A DNA stretch of 64,000 bases from an uncultured Bacteroidales bacterium (GCA_947074145.1 CAMTOJ010000012.1:5079-69078); one strand, 5' to 3'; shown: positions 29,694-40,732, counted from the stretch's first letter. Translations and numbers: made by a program. The notes: generated by a model from the letters alone, not told the origin.

Positions 29694-31754
29694 CTACTTT
29701 TCTATTCTTAATCTCGCATCCACTGCTATAACATCTTCTTCTGAACCCAAAAGAGGATTAATATCGAGCTCTTTTATTTCAGTAGCAAACCTTAATAATG
29801 AAGATAATCTAACGATTATTTCTGCAAACATAAATTCATTCACGCTTTTCTGACCTCTTGTACCTTTTATGATTTTATAAGCTCTTAACGAATGGATCAT
29901 AGATTCGGCTTCATTAAATGATAAAGGAGCAAGACCCGAAGCTATATCTTTAAGTACTTCGACAAATATACCCCCGAGACCGCAAAGTATGATATGACCG
30001 AAACGTGGTTCATATTTTGCTCCGATAAACAATTCTGTTCCTTTTATCATAGGCTGAATCATAACTTCTGTAGCTCCATCAATTGACATGAGCCTATCGA
30101 ATTCAAATGCAAGATGCTCAGAAGAATGAATATTAAGAACTACACCTCCGACATCTGTCTTATGTATAGGTCCGACTACTTTAGCCACTATCGGATAGCC
30201 GATATTTTCAGCTTCATTAATTACTTCATCTTTTGAGCAAGAAACAAAATCAGGAATCATTGGAATATTAGCACAAGCAAATATCTGTTGTACAACTTCG
30301 GGATTTACATATCCGTCTTTATCTATTGAATCGATTATTTTTCGAAGCCTCGGGACATCGACACCTGTCAGTTGCGGCCCCTCATTACTTGGTGGTGGAA
30401 CATTATAAACACGGCTGATGGCAGTTGCAAGGGTTACCTCATCAGAGAAATTCACATTTCCTTTTTCAATAAACATCTTTACCTCATCACCGGCTGTTAT
30501 TATTGAAGGTAGAATAGGAAATATTGGTTTTTTAGAACTCCTTATCTTTTCATCCAGCACCTTATAGGCATCATAAACCTGCACAAGCCCCGGACTTCCG
30601 AAAATTACTGCTATGGCATCAATATTCTCAAATTTGTTTTCACAATAATCTATCGCAAGAGCCAAATGTTCAGGTGTCCCTGTTGCAAGAATATCTATCG
30701 GGTTTGATACGGCTGAGCCGGGATAAAGTCCGGCTTTCAACTCCTCGGCAATTGGTCCGTGAAGATCGGGAACTTCAAGTCCCCCCTTTGATAAAGCATC
30801 TGTAAGCATCACTGCCGGGCCCCCAGCATGTGTAATTATGGCTATATTTTTACCTTTTATCTCTTTAAGAGTAAAAATTGCGGCAACAGTGGTCAGCTCT
30901 TCTCGACTGAAACATCTCACAATTCCGGCTTTACGAAACAAAGCTTCTACAGCTAGATCACTACTTGCTATTGCTCCCGTGTGAGAAGATGCAGCTCTTG
31001 CGCCCGATTCTGAAGAACCTGATTTAATAGCTGCAATCTTGCACCCTTTTCTTATCAGAGAAGAAGCATGAAGCAATAGTTTGTCAGGGTCTTTTATATT
31101 TTCGATATATAGGAGTTTTATCTTCGAACTTTCACCCTCCTTATAATTGACATCCATATATTCGAGGATATCCTCAACACCTATTTGAGTTGCATTACCA
31201 ACCGACCAAATAGAATTGAAAACAAGCCCTTTTGCAACCGATGATTCAAGTATATAAACCACTGTTGCTCCTGAACTTGATATAAGATCGGCTCCTTGAT
31301 GTTTGAATTTTGGTATAGGCAAAGTAAATACACCATGATAATTGCTATTCATTATTCCTATGCAATTAGGACCAATCAGCGATGCTTTATATATGTTACA
31401 TATATCTTTAATCCTTTCTTCAAGCAATTTCCCCTCTGGCGTCTCCTCTGAAAATCCGGCTGACAGGATTATAAACGCTCTGACTTTCTTATCGCGGGCA
31501 AGTGTTTCAACTGCATCAGGACAAGCCGCAGCAGGTATAGCTATTATAGCCAGATCTGCTTCAGGAACAGTAGAAACATCTTCGTAGCATTTTATACCCT
31601 GAACCTCCTTTTCTTTTGGATTAACTGCATAAAGTTTGCCTTTATATTTTCCTTCTTTAAGATTTCGGATAACCTTTCCTCCGGGTTTTCGGATATTGTC
31701 TGATCCTCCAACAACAATTATGGATTCAGGATTAATCAATTGCCTATTTATCAT
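29694..31754 (-). CDS. Acetate/acyl-CoA ligase (ADP-forming) family, fused alpha-beta
   Basis: NPESIIVVGGS, ILSAGFSE, IGPNCIG, AASSHTGA (phospho-His), HKTDVGGV, ELDINPL. Confidence 0.9.
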   Translation of the reverse strand: MINRQLINPESIIVVGGSDNIRKPGGKVIRNLKEGKYKGKLYAVNPKEKEVQGIKCYEDVSTVPEADLAIIAIPAAACPDAVETLARDKKVRAFIILSAGFSEETPEGKLLEERIKDICNIYKASLIGPNCIGIMNSNYHGVFTLPIPKFKHQGADLISSSGATVVYILESSVAKGLVFNSIWSVGNATQIGVEDILEYMDVNYKEGESSKIKLLYIENIKDPDKLLLHASSLIRKGCKIAAIKSGSSESGARAASSHTGAIASSDLAVEALFRKAGIVRCFSREELTTVAAIFTLKEIKGKNIAIITHAGGPAVMLTDALSKGGLEVPDLHGPIAEELKAGLYPGSAVSNPIDILATGTPEHLALAIDYCENKFENIDAIAVIFGSPGLVQVYDAYKVLDEKIRSSKKPIFPILPSIITAGDEVKMFIEKGNVNFSDEVTLATAISRVYNVPPPSNEGPQLTGVDVPRLRKIIDSIDKDGYVNPEVVQQIFACANIPMIPDFVSCSKDEVINEAENIGYPIVAKVVGPIHKTDVGGVVLNIHSSEHLAFEFDRLMSIDGATEVMIQPMIKGTELFIGAKYEPRFGHIILCGLGGIFVEVLKDIASGLAPLSFNEAESMIHSLRAYKIIKGTRGQKSVNEFMFAEIIVRLSSLLRFATEIKELDINPLLGSEEDVIAVDARLRIEK

Positions 31755-31862
31755 ATGATATTAATGTTAAGATTCGGTTTACGTCATTTGTATATACAAA
31801 TGTAAACAAGTTCTTTCTATTAACATATAAATGAAACTTATTGCTTTTTGTTTAAATAATAT

Positions 31863-32462
31863 CTATACTATAGCCTGACTCGGACAATTCTTAACACACT
31901 TCATACATTGATGGCAGAACAGCGCATTAGTTGCCTTAACTTGTTTATTCTGTATAACGAAAACCTGTGCAGGGCAACGTTTCACACATTTAGCACATTT
32001 GATACATTTTTCATTATCTACATTCGGCATAAACGCTTTACCATTTTTACGATTGTGAAACCATCCGAATCGCTTATGGATATGAAAAACAGAGATTGCA
32101 ATAACAATTAAACCGAATTTTCCGTGAATACCTCCAAGAGGATTATGTTCTGCTCCTATAATGAAAATAACAGCTACTATAATTCCTGATATAAATGTAA
32201 TAAAAGATAACCATGATAACCATTTTGTTGCTTTAGCATTAAGTTTTCTGACTCTTTTCAACCAGTTTCCCAAACCACCCCAATGAATATAAAGATGATA
32301 TATTACAGCCGACATACATAAAAGGCAAACAATTATATGGGTCCATACCCATGTGCGAAATTCTATTCCGATAAATGCATTATTGCCAATAATCTCTAAA
32401 AGAATTGAACTGACAGCAGTCAGCACTCCGAGAATCAATAAAATGATATTAAAACTATACAT
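31863..32462 (-). CDS. Membrane protein (DUF4405-like, His-containing helices) fused to a 2x[4Fe-4S] ferredoxin domain
   Basis: HII...HLYIHW and IHGKFG...FHIH helices; CIKCAKCVKRCP and CHQCMKCVKNCP. Confidence 0.75.
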   Translation of the reverse strand: MYSFNIILLILGVLTAVSSILLEIIGNNAFIGIEFRTWVWTHIIVCLLCMSAVIYHLYIHWGGLGNWLKRVRKLNAKATKWLSWLSFITFISGIIVAVIFIIGAEHNPLGGIHGKFGLIVIAISVFHIHKRFGWFHNRKNGKAFMPNVDNEKCIKCAKCVKRCPAQVFVIQNKQVKATNALFCHQCMKCVKNCPSQAIV

Positions 32463-32553
32463 ATATTATGTCTTTATTTATTATGTAAAAATATGTCTTA
32501 AAGCACATATTTACATTCTTAATATTTGCAGATACATATTCTATATTTGCTGA

Positions 32554-33432
32554 ATGAAAAAAGAACCTATAAATAACAACATTGCCGACAATATCTCTTC
32601 TATTGCCGAAATCAGAATACTAAGCGCAAAAAAGAATCCAGATCATTACCCGAAAGGTTATCATCGCCACAATTGCTATCAATTAGTAATAGTAGAAAAA
32701 GGTTATCTTGAAATAATGGTAAACTGTTTATTACAAAGGATTGAAAAAAACACCATCGTAATGCTTGGAAATGATTTACCGCATGGTTCGATAGTTTATT
32801 CTAATGATATAAAAGTAACTTTAATCCATATTCCTTATTCTTCGGTCTCATGGTGCGCATCTATTCCTGATCTTGAATTAAAGTTTAGATTTATAAAGGA
32901 AAGTAGTGCAGGTTATCTTTTCACATCTGAAAAATCGACAAAAAAGATTATTGGTTTGAGTAAAAAAATGCTTAAAAGTGAAGGTTTCGGAAAAGTTTCT
33001 TTTCTATTTGAACTACTTGATATCTTAAGTAATGAATCTGATATTAAAAAGATAATATATGATACTTCTTCTGATATAGCAATTACAAATTTGAAACATC
33101 AAAGCCCTATTGATAGAACATTTGATTATATATACAAACACTATACCGATACATTTACACTCGATGAAATAGCATCATATGCCGGACAAAACCCGACAGC
33201 TTTATGTCGGGCGTTCAAAAAACGTTCCGGCTTTGCAATATTCAGTTTTATAAATCGTATTCGAATAGAACAAGCTTGTCGCTTACTTCTCGATTATGAA
33301 CTGTCTATCTCTCAAATTGCGTTTGTGGTGGGGTATAACTCTTTTTCCCATTTCAGCACTCAGTTTCAACGTATAGTTAATCTTTCACCTACTGAATATC
33401 GTCAGAAAAAAATGATTAGGAAAATCAATTAA
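32554..33432 (+). CDS. AraC family regulator with cupin sensor domain
   Basis: HRHNCYQL...LPH; LCRAFKK...RIEQACRLL...IAFVVGYNSFSHFS. Confidence 0.9.
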   Translation: MKKEPINNNIADNISSIAEIRILSAKKNPDHYPKGYHRHNCYQLVIVEKGYLEIMVNCLLQRIEKNTIVMLGNDLPHGSIVYSNDIKVTLIHIPYSSVSWCASIPDLELKFRFIKESSAGYLFTSEKSTKKIIGLSKKMLKSEGFGKVSFLFELLDILSNESDIKKIIYDTSSDIAITNLKHQSPIDRTFDYIYKHYTDTFTLDEIASYAGQNPTALCRAFKKRSGFAIFSFINRIRIEQACRLLLDYELSISQIAFVVGYNSFSHFSTQFQRIVNLSPTEYRQKKMIRKIN

Positions 33433-34333
33433 ACAATATCTCTACACGATATTGATTGGGGGTTTTACCTACATTCTGTTTGAACAGTCTTGTAAAATGT
33501 TGAGGATATTGAAATCCCAAACCATAAGCGATTTCACTTATGGTTTTGGTTGTTGATGCTATTTGTTCTTTAGCCCTATCTATCAGTTTTAACTGAATAT
33601 ATTCCTGAGCTGATTTTCCGGTTTCTTTCTTTATAAGATCACCAAAATAATTAGGAGAAAGAAACACCTTTTCTGCAAAATACTTCACTGTGGGCAATCC
33701 CTTTTCAAGCTGAATATTATTCTCAAAGTATTCATTAAGATTCATCTCAAATTTCTGAATTATATCAAGATTGACATCCTCTCGTGTTACAAACTGTCGC
33801 TCATAAAAACGCATACAATAATTCAACAAAAGCTCAATATTCATTGCTATAAGAATCTTGCTATGCTTATCTATAGCATGTGTCAATTCCTGACTAATCT
33901 GTTGAAGTAGTTCCATTATCAAACTCTTTTCTCTTTCTGAAAGATGCAAGGCTTCATAAGATGAATAAGAAAAGAAATTGAATTTTCCAATATTATGACC
34001 TAATGAAGTTCGTCTAATAAGATCGGGATGAAATAATATTCCATAAACTTCAGGTTTCACTTCATCCTGTACTGTAACCACATCAACGATTTGTCCCGGA
34101 GCGAAACTTACTATTGTACCCTCTTGATAATCATATTTTTGACGTCCGTATTTAATATCGCATGATTTTGAACATTTTAGATATAAAGCATAGATGCCAT
34201 AATGCATTCTGATATTATTGACAACTTTGGTCGCTTTTGTCAGATCTATCACCGAAACTAAAGGATGAAGAGTTTCAAGACCATAAAGTTTATTATATGC
34301 ATCTACACTATCAAGATGAATTACATTTTCCAT
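33425..34333 (-). CDS. AraC family regulator
   Basis: HPLVSVIDL, YGRQKYDYQEG, LSPNYFGDLIKKETG, LGFQYPQHFTRLFK. Confidence 0.92.
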   Translation of the reverse strand: MENVIHLDSVDAYNKLYGLETLHPLVSVIDLTKATKVVNNIRMHYGIYALYLKCSKSCDIKYGRQKYDYQEGTIVSFAPGQIVDVVTVQDEVKPEVYGILFHPDLIRRTSLGHNIGKFNFFSYSSYEALHLSEREKSLIMELLQQISQELTHAIDKHSKILIAMNIELLLNYCMRFYERQFVTREDVNLDIIQKFEMNLNEYFENNIQLEKGLPTVKYFAEKVFLSPNYFGDLIKKETGKSAQEYIQLKLIDRAKEQIASTTKTISEIAYGLGFQYPQHFTRLFKQNVGKTPNQYRVEILFN

Positions 34334-34540
34334 ACTATTTTTCTGTTTTATGTAAAGGTATAATGTTTTATGAATGTGTCTAATATGACCGGATAATTAT
34401 CAGTAATTATGGTAATGAACTCTGTAATATATATACAATGCATGGCAAAATCTGACAATAATTTTGTACAGAACAAAAAGATATGATAAGAGATTATCAA
34501 TCTTATAATAACAAGTCAGAATAAATCAAAACAGAAAACT

Positions 34541-35104
34541 ATGGAATTAAAAGATTTTTTAGACAAAGTCGACAATAGGGAAATGATTGTATGGGGAACG
34601 GAAGAATATAAATTTATGGCAAATATTAGCCAAGAAGCAATGAAAATAACTTGCAAGTTGAATAATTCCTATAATACGCCTGAGCAGATAATATCTCTGT
34701 TTTCCGAATTAACAGGCAGAATGATTGATGAGAATTTCGGACTTTTCCCACCTTTTTATACAGATTTCGGGAAAAATATTAAGTTAGGCAAAAACGTGTT
34801 CATTAATTCGGGTTGTCAGTTTCAGGATCAGGGTGGTATATATATAGGAGATTATTCTCTCATAGGACCTAAAACTGTGCTTGCGACTTTAAATCATTGC
34901 TTCGCTCCTGAAGATCGGGGTTCTCTAATTCCGGCTCCTATAAGAATCGGGAAATGCGTCTGGATTGGTGCTAATGTCACTATTGTTCCGGGTATAACAA
35001 TCGGTGATAATGCAATAATTGGAGCCGGTGCTGTAGTTACTAAAGATGTACCTGAAAATACTATTTATGCTGGTGTTCCTGCTAAACAGATTGGAATAAT
35101 ATAA
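34541..35104 (+). CDS. Sugar O-acetyltransferase (maltose/galactoside acetyltransferase family)
   Basis: PPFYTDFGKNI, hexapeptide repeats, WIGANVTIVPG, GAGAVVTKDVP, AGVPA; -7 box TAATTTTG at 34459-34466. Confidence 0.88.
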   Translation: MELKDFLDKVDNREMIVWGTEEYKFMANISQEAMKITCKLNNSYNTPEQIISLFSELTGRMIDENFGLFPPFYTDFGKNIKLGKNVFINSGCQFQDQGGIYIGDYSLIGPKTVLATLNHCFAPEDRGSLIPAPIRIGKCVWIGANVTIVPGITIGDNAIIGAGAVVTKDVPENTIYAGVPAKQIGII

Positions 35105-35204
35105 AGAAACTCTTTCTCCTATAAAAGCGCTATATTTCAACCAGTTAGCTTTATAACCATTTGGTTTAATGCTACATTTATTTTGAAAAAGAGTTATATA
35201 ATAA

Positions 35205-35241
35205 AATTAGCATCAATACATTTATTGTATTGATGCTAATT
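35205..35241. terminator. Perfect 16-bp hairpin between convergent genes
   Basis: AATTAGCATCAATACA / TGTATTGATGCTAATT. Confidence 0.65.
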
Positions 35242-35315
35242 GAAATACTCTTTATTATCAATGGTAAAAAGAATATTTTTAAATTATGCCTTTATATTTA
35301 TAATTCAAATAATTA

Positions 35316-36143
35316 TTATCCCGGAAATTTTGGAAATTTCTGGAAATCCGGATCCCTTTTTTCAAGAAATGCATGTTTTCCTTCCTGTGCTTCCTCCATA
35401 AGATAATACATCATTGTTGCATCTCCGGCAAACTCCATAAGACCTCTTTGTCCATCAAGTTCTGCATTAAGACCTCTCTTTATCATTCTAAGAGCCATAG
35501 GACTTCTTTGAAGCATTATTTTGCACCACTCCACGGTGGTATCCTCCAGTTCATCTAAAGTAACAACTTTATTCACCATTCCCATTGCTTCTGCTTCAGC
35601 TGCGGTATATTGTTGACATAGATACCAAATCTCACGAGCTTTTTTCTGACCTACACAGCGTGCAAGATAAGATGATCCGAAACCGGCATCAAAACTTCCC
35701 ACTTTAGGACCTGTTTGTCCGAATTTTGCATTATCGGAAGCAATAGTTAGATCACACACAACATGAAGAACATGCCCTCCACCAATTGCATAACCGTTGA
35801 CCATAGCAACTACTGGTTTGGGAATAGAGCGTATAGCTTTATGAAGATCAAGCACATTAAGTCGTGGCACTCCGTTTGCATCTACATATCCGCCTACACC
35901 TTTTACCTTCTGATCTCCACCTGAACAAAAAGCTTTTGTTCCTGCACCGGTTAATACAATAACACCTATATCCTCGCTTTCACGACAGATTGACATAGCG
36001 TCAAGCATATCAAAAATTGTCTGTGGTCTGAAGGCATTATAAACTTCAGGACGGTTAATGGTGATCTTGGCTATACCTTCAAATATTTCAAATTTGATAT
36101 CAGAATATTCCTTCAACGGAATCCATTCTCTTTCGTTATTCAT
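35316..36143 (-). CDS. menB: 1,4-dihydroxy-2-naphthoyl-CoA synthase
   Basis: [40 protein letters not shown]. Confidence 0.96.
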   Translation of the reverse strand: MNNEREWIPLKEYSDIKFEIFEGIAKITINRPEVYNAFRPQTIFDMLDAMSICRESEDIGVIVLTGAGTKAFCSGGDQKVKGVGGYVDANGVPRLNVLDLHKAIRSIPKPVVAMVNGYAIGGGHVLHVVCDLTIASDNAKFGQTGPKVGSFDAGFGSSYLARCVGQKKAREIWYLCQQYTAAEAEAMGMVNKVVTLDELEDTTVEWCKIMLQRSPMALRMIKRGLNAELDGQRGLMEFAGDATMMYYLMEEAQEGKHAFLEKRDPDFQKFPKFPG

Positions 36144-36170
36144 ATATTTTATATTATTTATAGTCTGTTT

Positions 36171-37862
36171 CTATTTAAAATAAGATCTTAAAATCTCATC
36201 ATTAATTTCTCGTGGTGTAAAAACTTCAAGTATAGTAGGTTTATCCCAGGCATAAATAATTTTCATTGCTCTTTTTAACTCTTTCTCATTTTGAGCCGAT
36301 ATATAATTTAAACCGTATGCTTCTGAGAGCTTTGAGATATCAATATTGTGGGTCGCCTCGAAATACTCCTCCATTTCAGGAAGTGTTGAAGGACCTTTTA
36401 TAAATCTAAAAATTCCTCCCCCATTATTATTAATGACAATAATTTTAATATTGGAAGAAAGTTTTTTATTCCATAAAGCATTTATATCATATAGAAAACT
36501 CAAATCTCCAGTGATCAACGTTGTATCGCCATAATAAGTAGAAGCCGCACCTATTGCAGTAGATGTTGATCCGTCAATACCACTTGTTCCTCTGTTTGCA
36601 TCAACTCTTACTACTCTGTTATTCTTAAAGAGTTGATGATATCTTACGGATGTTCCGTTAGATAACTGAAGCTTTGATTCTTTTGGTAGCATAGGTAAAA
36701 TTATCGAGAAAGCTTTAAAATCGCTCCATACAAGATTTTTTAAAAATTGGCTATGGTGCTCTTCGGCTTTCTTATTAAGTTGCACCCATTTATCAGCATA
36801 TTTAGATTTATTTCCTTGAATATGTGGCAAAAGGGAATGAAGGAAATTTACAGGTTTACTACATATTTTGTGAGTTAATACAGAATATGTATCAATCGTA
36901 TAATTCTCTTCTCCTATATGCCAATGCTGTGAAGGTGGATATTCTCGAATAAATTTCTTAATAAACTTAGATATAAGAGGGCCTCCAAAACTTATCAGAA
37001 GATCTGGTCGATATGTCTTAATTTGATTTGCTGTCAAACGAGATATTGTACGATCGATATTAGCAATAAGTTTATCACCACGCATATTTGATATACTTTC
37101 ACTCAAAACAGCAATCTGTGGTTGTCCGGCTAAAGAATTAAGTATTTTATTAAGTTCTTCATCTGGGACCTGCATCGAAACCAAAATCATTACTTTCAAA
37201 GAACAATTAATCGATTGTGCATACTCAATCGCATCCTCTTTAGACAAGTTCTTCAGCGGAGATATTTGTGTGAGAATACGTGGAATAACCGAAGTAGCCT
37301 CTGATATTTTGCAAAGCGGTTCCTCCAATGGTACATTTATATGGACAGGACCTTTGGCTGCTGACATTGAAATATTAATCGCCTCGTTTACTATTCGGTT
37401 ATTATACCATATATCAGATTCTTTATCTGACTCAGATCGATATTGACAACTATATTTTACAATTTTGTCGAAGATATTCTCTTGTCTGATAGTCTGACTA
37501 TCATTTTGATCAATCCATTCTTTGGGTCTGTCAGCAGAAATAACAATTAATGGAATTTGTTGATAATAAGCCTCTGCTATGGATGGAGAAAGGTTTAATA
37601 ATGCAGTTCCCGAAGTACATACAATAACAACTGGTTCCCCTGTTTGCTGAGCCACACCCAAAGCATAAAATCCTGCACTACGCTCGTCAACCAGAGAGAT
37701 GCACTCAATTCCCGACTCGCGATTGAACGCAACTGATAAGGGTGCATTTCTTGATCCCGGCGATATCACAGCTCTTTTTACTCCTTTCATTTTACAAAGT
37801 CGTGTTAATAGCTGAATATTTGTCTTATCAGTACTTTTATTAGAAATCTTTCTTGTTGCCAT
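36171..37862 (-). CDS. menD: SEPHCHC synthase
   Basis: ISPGSRNAPL, VDERSAGF, CTSGTA, SADRP, NRGTSGIDG, GDLSFLYD, NNNGGGIF. Confidence 0.95.
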   Translation of the reverse strand: MATRKISNKSTDKTNIQLLTRLCKMKGVKRAVISPGSRNAPLSVAFNRESGIECISLVDERSAGFYALGVAQQTGEPVVIVCTSGTALLNLSPSIAEAYYQQIPLIVISADRPKEWIDQNDSQTIRQENIFDKIVKYSCQYRSESDKESDIWYNNRIVNEAINISMSAAKGPVHINVPLEEPLCKISEATSVIPRILTQISPLKNLSKEDAIEYAQSINCSLKVMILVSMQVPDEELNKILNSLAGQPQIAVLSESISNMRGDKLIANIDRTISRLTANQIKTYRPDLLISFGGPLISKFIKKFIREYPPSQHWHIGEENYTIDTYSVLTHKICSKPVNFLHSLLPHIQGNKSKYADKWVQLNKKAEEHHSQFLKNLVWSDFKAFSIILPMLPKESKLQLSNGTSVRYHQLFKNNRVVRVDANRGTSGIDGSTSTAIGAASTYYGDTTLITGDLSFLYDINALWNKKLSSNIKIIVINNNGGGIFRFIKGPSTLPEMEEYFEATHNIDISKLSEAYGLNYISAQNEKELKRAMKIIYAWDKPTILEVFTPREINDEILRSYFK

Positions 37863-37964
37863 TATTCATTATTATCTTCAGAAAAAAACATTTTTATTAA
37901 GAACTCTTGTAAAATAACTATTAAACAATCAATGTTGTTCTTTTAAATTGGATATTTTTCGATT

Positions 37965-39125
37965 TTATTTAAATACAGAGAGTATAGTTTGCGATTTTAT
38001 ACATGTTTCCTCCCATTCATTCTCCGGTATTGAATCTTGCGTAATACCTCCTCCGACAAATATATATGATTTGTTTTTTAGTAAAAGCGAAGATCTTAGA
38101 TTTACAAAAAGTTTGAATCCTTGGTTAGAGTTGTGAGATTCTTTCGTGCTATCAGAGTTAATTATCCCAATAAATCCACCGTAGTAAAGTCTGGAATGTT
38201 TCTCTGTTTTTATTATTAATTCATAAGATTTTTCCTTTGGATATCCGCATAAAGCAGGTGTAGGATTCAGATCTTTTACCAAAGAGACTATTCTCTTTTT
38301 TTCAGGTTTTGCTGATATTTGTGTCATTAAATGTTCAAAATCTCCGGCTCTTACACTGAGTCTTTCCCCTATTTTTACTGATTGACATTCATTCTTTTTA
38401 AAAATATCAACAATATAATTGGTCACAAGCTCTTGTTCATAATACTCTTTTGATGTCCATTTTTTTTCAGGTTTCTTTGTTCCCGCAAGGGAAACTGAAG
38501 TAAATACGCCTTTAGAATAATCAGCCAACAACTCTGGTGAAGCACCTATCCATGTCAAAGTACCTTGTATATTTATAAGAAAAATGAATGCATGATCATA
38601 TTTACATTCAAGTTTAAAAAATAATTGCGAAGCATCTTTAACACTATTATTTTCATTTTTTATGACTCTAGATAGAATCATTTTATCGATTTCTCCATTT
38701 TTAATTTTATCCACCACTTCTTGACATTGATTGATATATTCAGTTTTATCAATCTGATAAAAATCATCATCCTGAAATGTGATTAATTTCTGAACTGATT
38801 CTTTTTCATATTCAAATTTTTCGATATGGTTCAATATAATCTCTTCGGTTATTTTTATAGAGGTTATATCATTAAGAGAGAAATCAACTGTAATATCTTG
38901 TGGTAATAAAATCGTCGGATAAGCACTTTTTTGTGAAGATTCATTGCTTTCAATTTGAAACGGAGAGATAACAAATCCGCTTTTTGTAATCAGGTCATCT
39001 GTCTTTATTATGACTGGATAAGATGAAATACCTATTGTAATATTGGTGGAGAAAGGTTCTCTATATAAATAAAAGGATATATTTTTTTCGATTAATTTAT
39101 TTATTGCATTAATAATACCTACCAT
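37965..39125 (-). CDS. menF: Isochorismate synthase
   Basis: KMILSR, WIGASPELL, SLAGT, KEYYEQ, PTPALCG, YYGGFIG, FVNLR, GGGIT...EWEET; start moved to the ATG at 39125 because the track's TTG overlaps the -7 box TATATTTG (39144-39151). Confidence 0.88.
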   Translation of the reverse strand: MVGIINAINKLIEKNISFYLYREPFSTNITIGISSYPVIIKTDDLITKSGFVISPFQIESNESSQKSAYPTILLPQDITVDFSLNDITSIKITEEIILNHIEKFEYEKESVQKLITFQDDDFYQIDKTEYINQCQEVVDKIKNGEIDKMILSRVIKNENNSVKDASQLFFKLECKYDHAFIFLINIQGTLTWIGASPELLADYSKGVFTSVSLAGTKKPEKKWTSKEYYEQELVTNYIVDIFKKNECQSVKIGERLSVRAGDFEHLMTQISAKPEKKRIVSLVKDLNPTPALCGYPKEKSYELIIKTEKHSRLYYGGFIGIINSDSTKESHNSNQGFKLFVNLRSSLLLKNKSYIFVGGGITQDSIPENEWEETCIKSQTILSVFK

Positions 39126-39151
39126 TTTCAACTTATTAGAATGCAAATATA

Positions 39152-39184
39152 AATTATTCCATGCTTTATAAGCATGGAATAATT
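39152..39184 (-). terminator. Hairpin downstream of aspA, overlapping the menF promoter region
   Basis: Perfect 15-bp arms AATTATTCCATGCTT / AAGCATGGAATAATT. Confidence 0.6.
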
Positions 39185-39298
39185 CATCAATTTTTCAATC
39201 AAAAGATCGAATAAAATCATTACTCTAAGATATGATATTAATATTCAGATATTATGCACGGATATTAATAACGGTTGATTAATAATATCTATATGATT

Positions 39299-40732
39299 TT
39301 ATTTTAACATTGATCTATTTGGTTTAGTCATATTCTCAGGTTGAAGAATATTATCCAACTCTTGTTTTGGCATTATATTTTCTTCAAGAATCAAATCATA
39401 AATACCTTTTCCTGTTTCCATCGCTTTTCTAGCAAGACGTGAGCAAACTTCATATCCAAGATATGGAAGAAGAGATGTTACAATACCAATACTATTATAA
39501 ACAAGATCTTTACAATGTTTTTCATTTGCAGTGATGCCAATAATACATTTATCTCTTAATGTATTCATTCCCTTTGTAAGCATCTCTATAGATTGGAACA
39601 TGCAATAAACAATGATAGGTTCCATTACATTAAGCTCAAGCTGTCCTGCCTCTGCAGCAAAAGTCACTGTAAGGTCATTACCGAAAACTAAGAATGCTAT
39701 TTGATTCACTACTTCAGGTATAACAGGGTTTACCTTTCCCGGCATAATAGATGATCCGGGCTGCATTGGAGGCAAATTTATTTCATTAAATCCTGCACGA
39801 GGGCCGCTTGATAGCAAACGAAGGTCATTACATATTTTAGATAATTTTACTGCAAGTCTTTTAACCGCAGAGCTATACATTACAAATGAACCGGTATCAT
39901 TTGTAGCTTCGATAAAGTTTTGTGCTGCAACAATGGGGAATTGTGTAATTTCTGCTAAATATTTTATACAAAGTGCTGAATATTGGGGATTTGCAGCAAT
40001 ACCTGTACCAATAGCTGTAGCTCCCATATTTACCTCAAGAAAAAGGTTTACATTCTGCTCTAAACGTGGTATCTCTTCAGAAAGATTAGTTGCATAAGCA
40101 TCAAACTCCTGACCTAAAGTCATTGGCACCGCATCCTGCAACTGAGTTCTACCCATTTTCAATATATTTGAAAATTGAACACCTTTAACCGTAAATGCCT
40201 CAATAAGGTAGTTTAATGCACTGACAAGTTTTCGATTAGCTAAATAAAGTGCAATTTTAACTGCTGTTGGATAGACATCATTAGTTGATTGTGATTTATT
40301 GACATCATCATTTGGATGAAGGAATTTATATTCTCCCTTCTGATGTCCCATTATTTCGAGAGCTCTATTGGTTATAACCTCATTTGCATTCATATTGGTG
40401 GATGTTCCTGCACCACCTTGAACCATATCTACAACAAACTGATCGTTAAACTTACCCATTCTTATCTCTTTACAAGCTTCGATAATAGCATTTGCTTTCT
40501 CTTTACTTATCTCACCCAGGTCTCTGTTTGCCATTGCTGCAGCCTGCTTCACCATAGCGAGTGCCTGAATAAGTTCAGGAAAGAAATCCAATGTTACTCC
40601 GCTTATATTGAAATTTTCTAAAGCTCTATAGGTCTGTACTCCGAAATAATATTGATCAGGAATCTCTTTTTCTCCCAAAAAGTCATGTTCAATACGTGAC
40701 TTTCCTTGGCCATTGTTCAAATTTATCATCAT
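39299..40732 (-). CDS. aspA: Aspartate ammonia-lyase
   Basis: RIEHDFLG, QGGAGTSTNMNANE, SQSTND, KMGRTQLQDA, GSSIMPGKVNP, GQLELNVMEP. Confidence 0.95.
   Translation of the reverse strand: MMINLNNGQGKSRIEHDFLGEKEIPDQYYFGVQTYRALENFNISGVTLDFFPELIQALAMVKQAAAMANRDLGEISKEKANAIIEACKEIRMGKFNDQFVVDMVQGGAGTSTNMNANEVITNRALEIMGHQKGEYKFLHPNDDVNKSQSTNDVYPTAVKIALYLANRKLVSALNYLIEAFTVKGVQFSNILKMGRTQLQDAVPMTLGQEFDAYATNLSEEIPRLEQNVNLFLEVNMGATAIGTGIAANPQYSALCIKYLAEITQFPIVAAQNFIEATNDTGSFVMYSSAVKRLAVKLSKICNDLRLLSSGPRAGFNEINLPPMQPGSSIMPGKVNPVIPEVVNQIAFLVFGNDLTVTFAAEAGQLELNVMEPIIVYCMFQSIEMLTKGMNTLRDKCIIGITANEKHCKDLVYNSIGIVTSLLPYLGYEVCSRLARKAMETGKGIYDLILEENIMPKQELDNILQPENMTKPNRSMLK

Noticed and set aside
33425-33432. 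8-bp overlap of the convergent AraC genes
   Set aside because: Short tail-to-tail overlaps are common and imply nothing special
34403-34428. GTAAT triplet upstream of the acetyltransferase as an AraC operator
   Set aside because: Plausible, but too short and unevenly spaced (9 and 12 bp) to support from sequence alone
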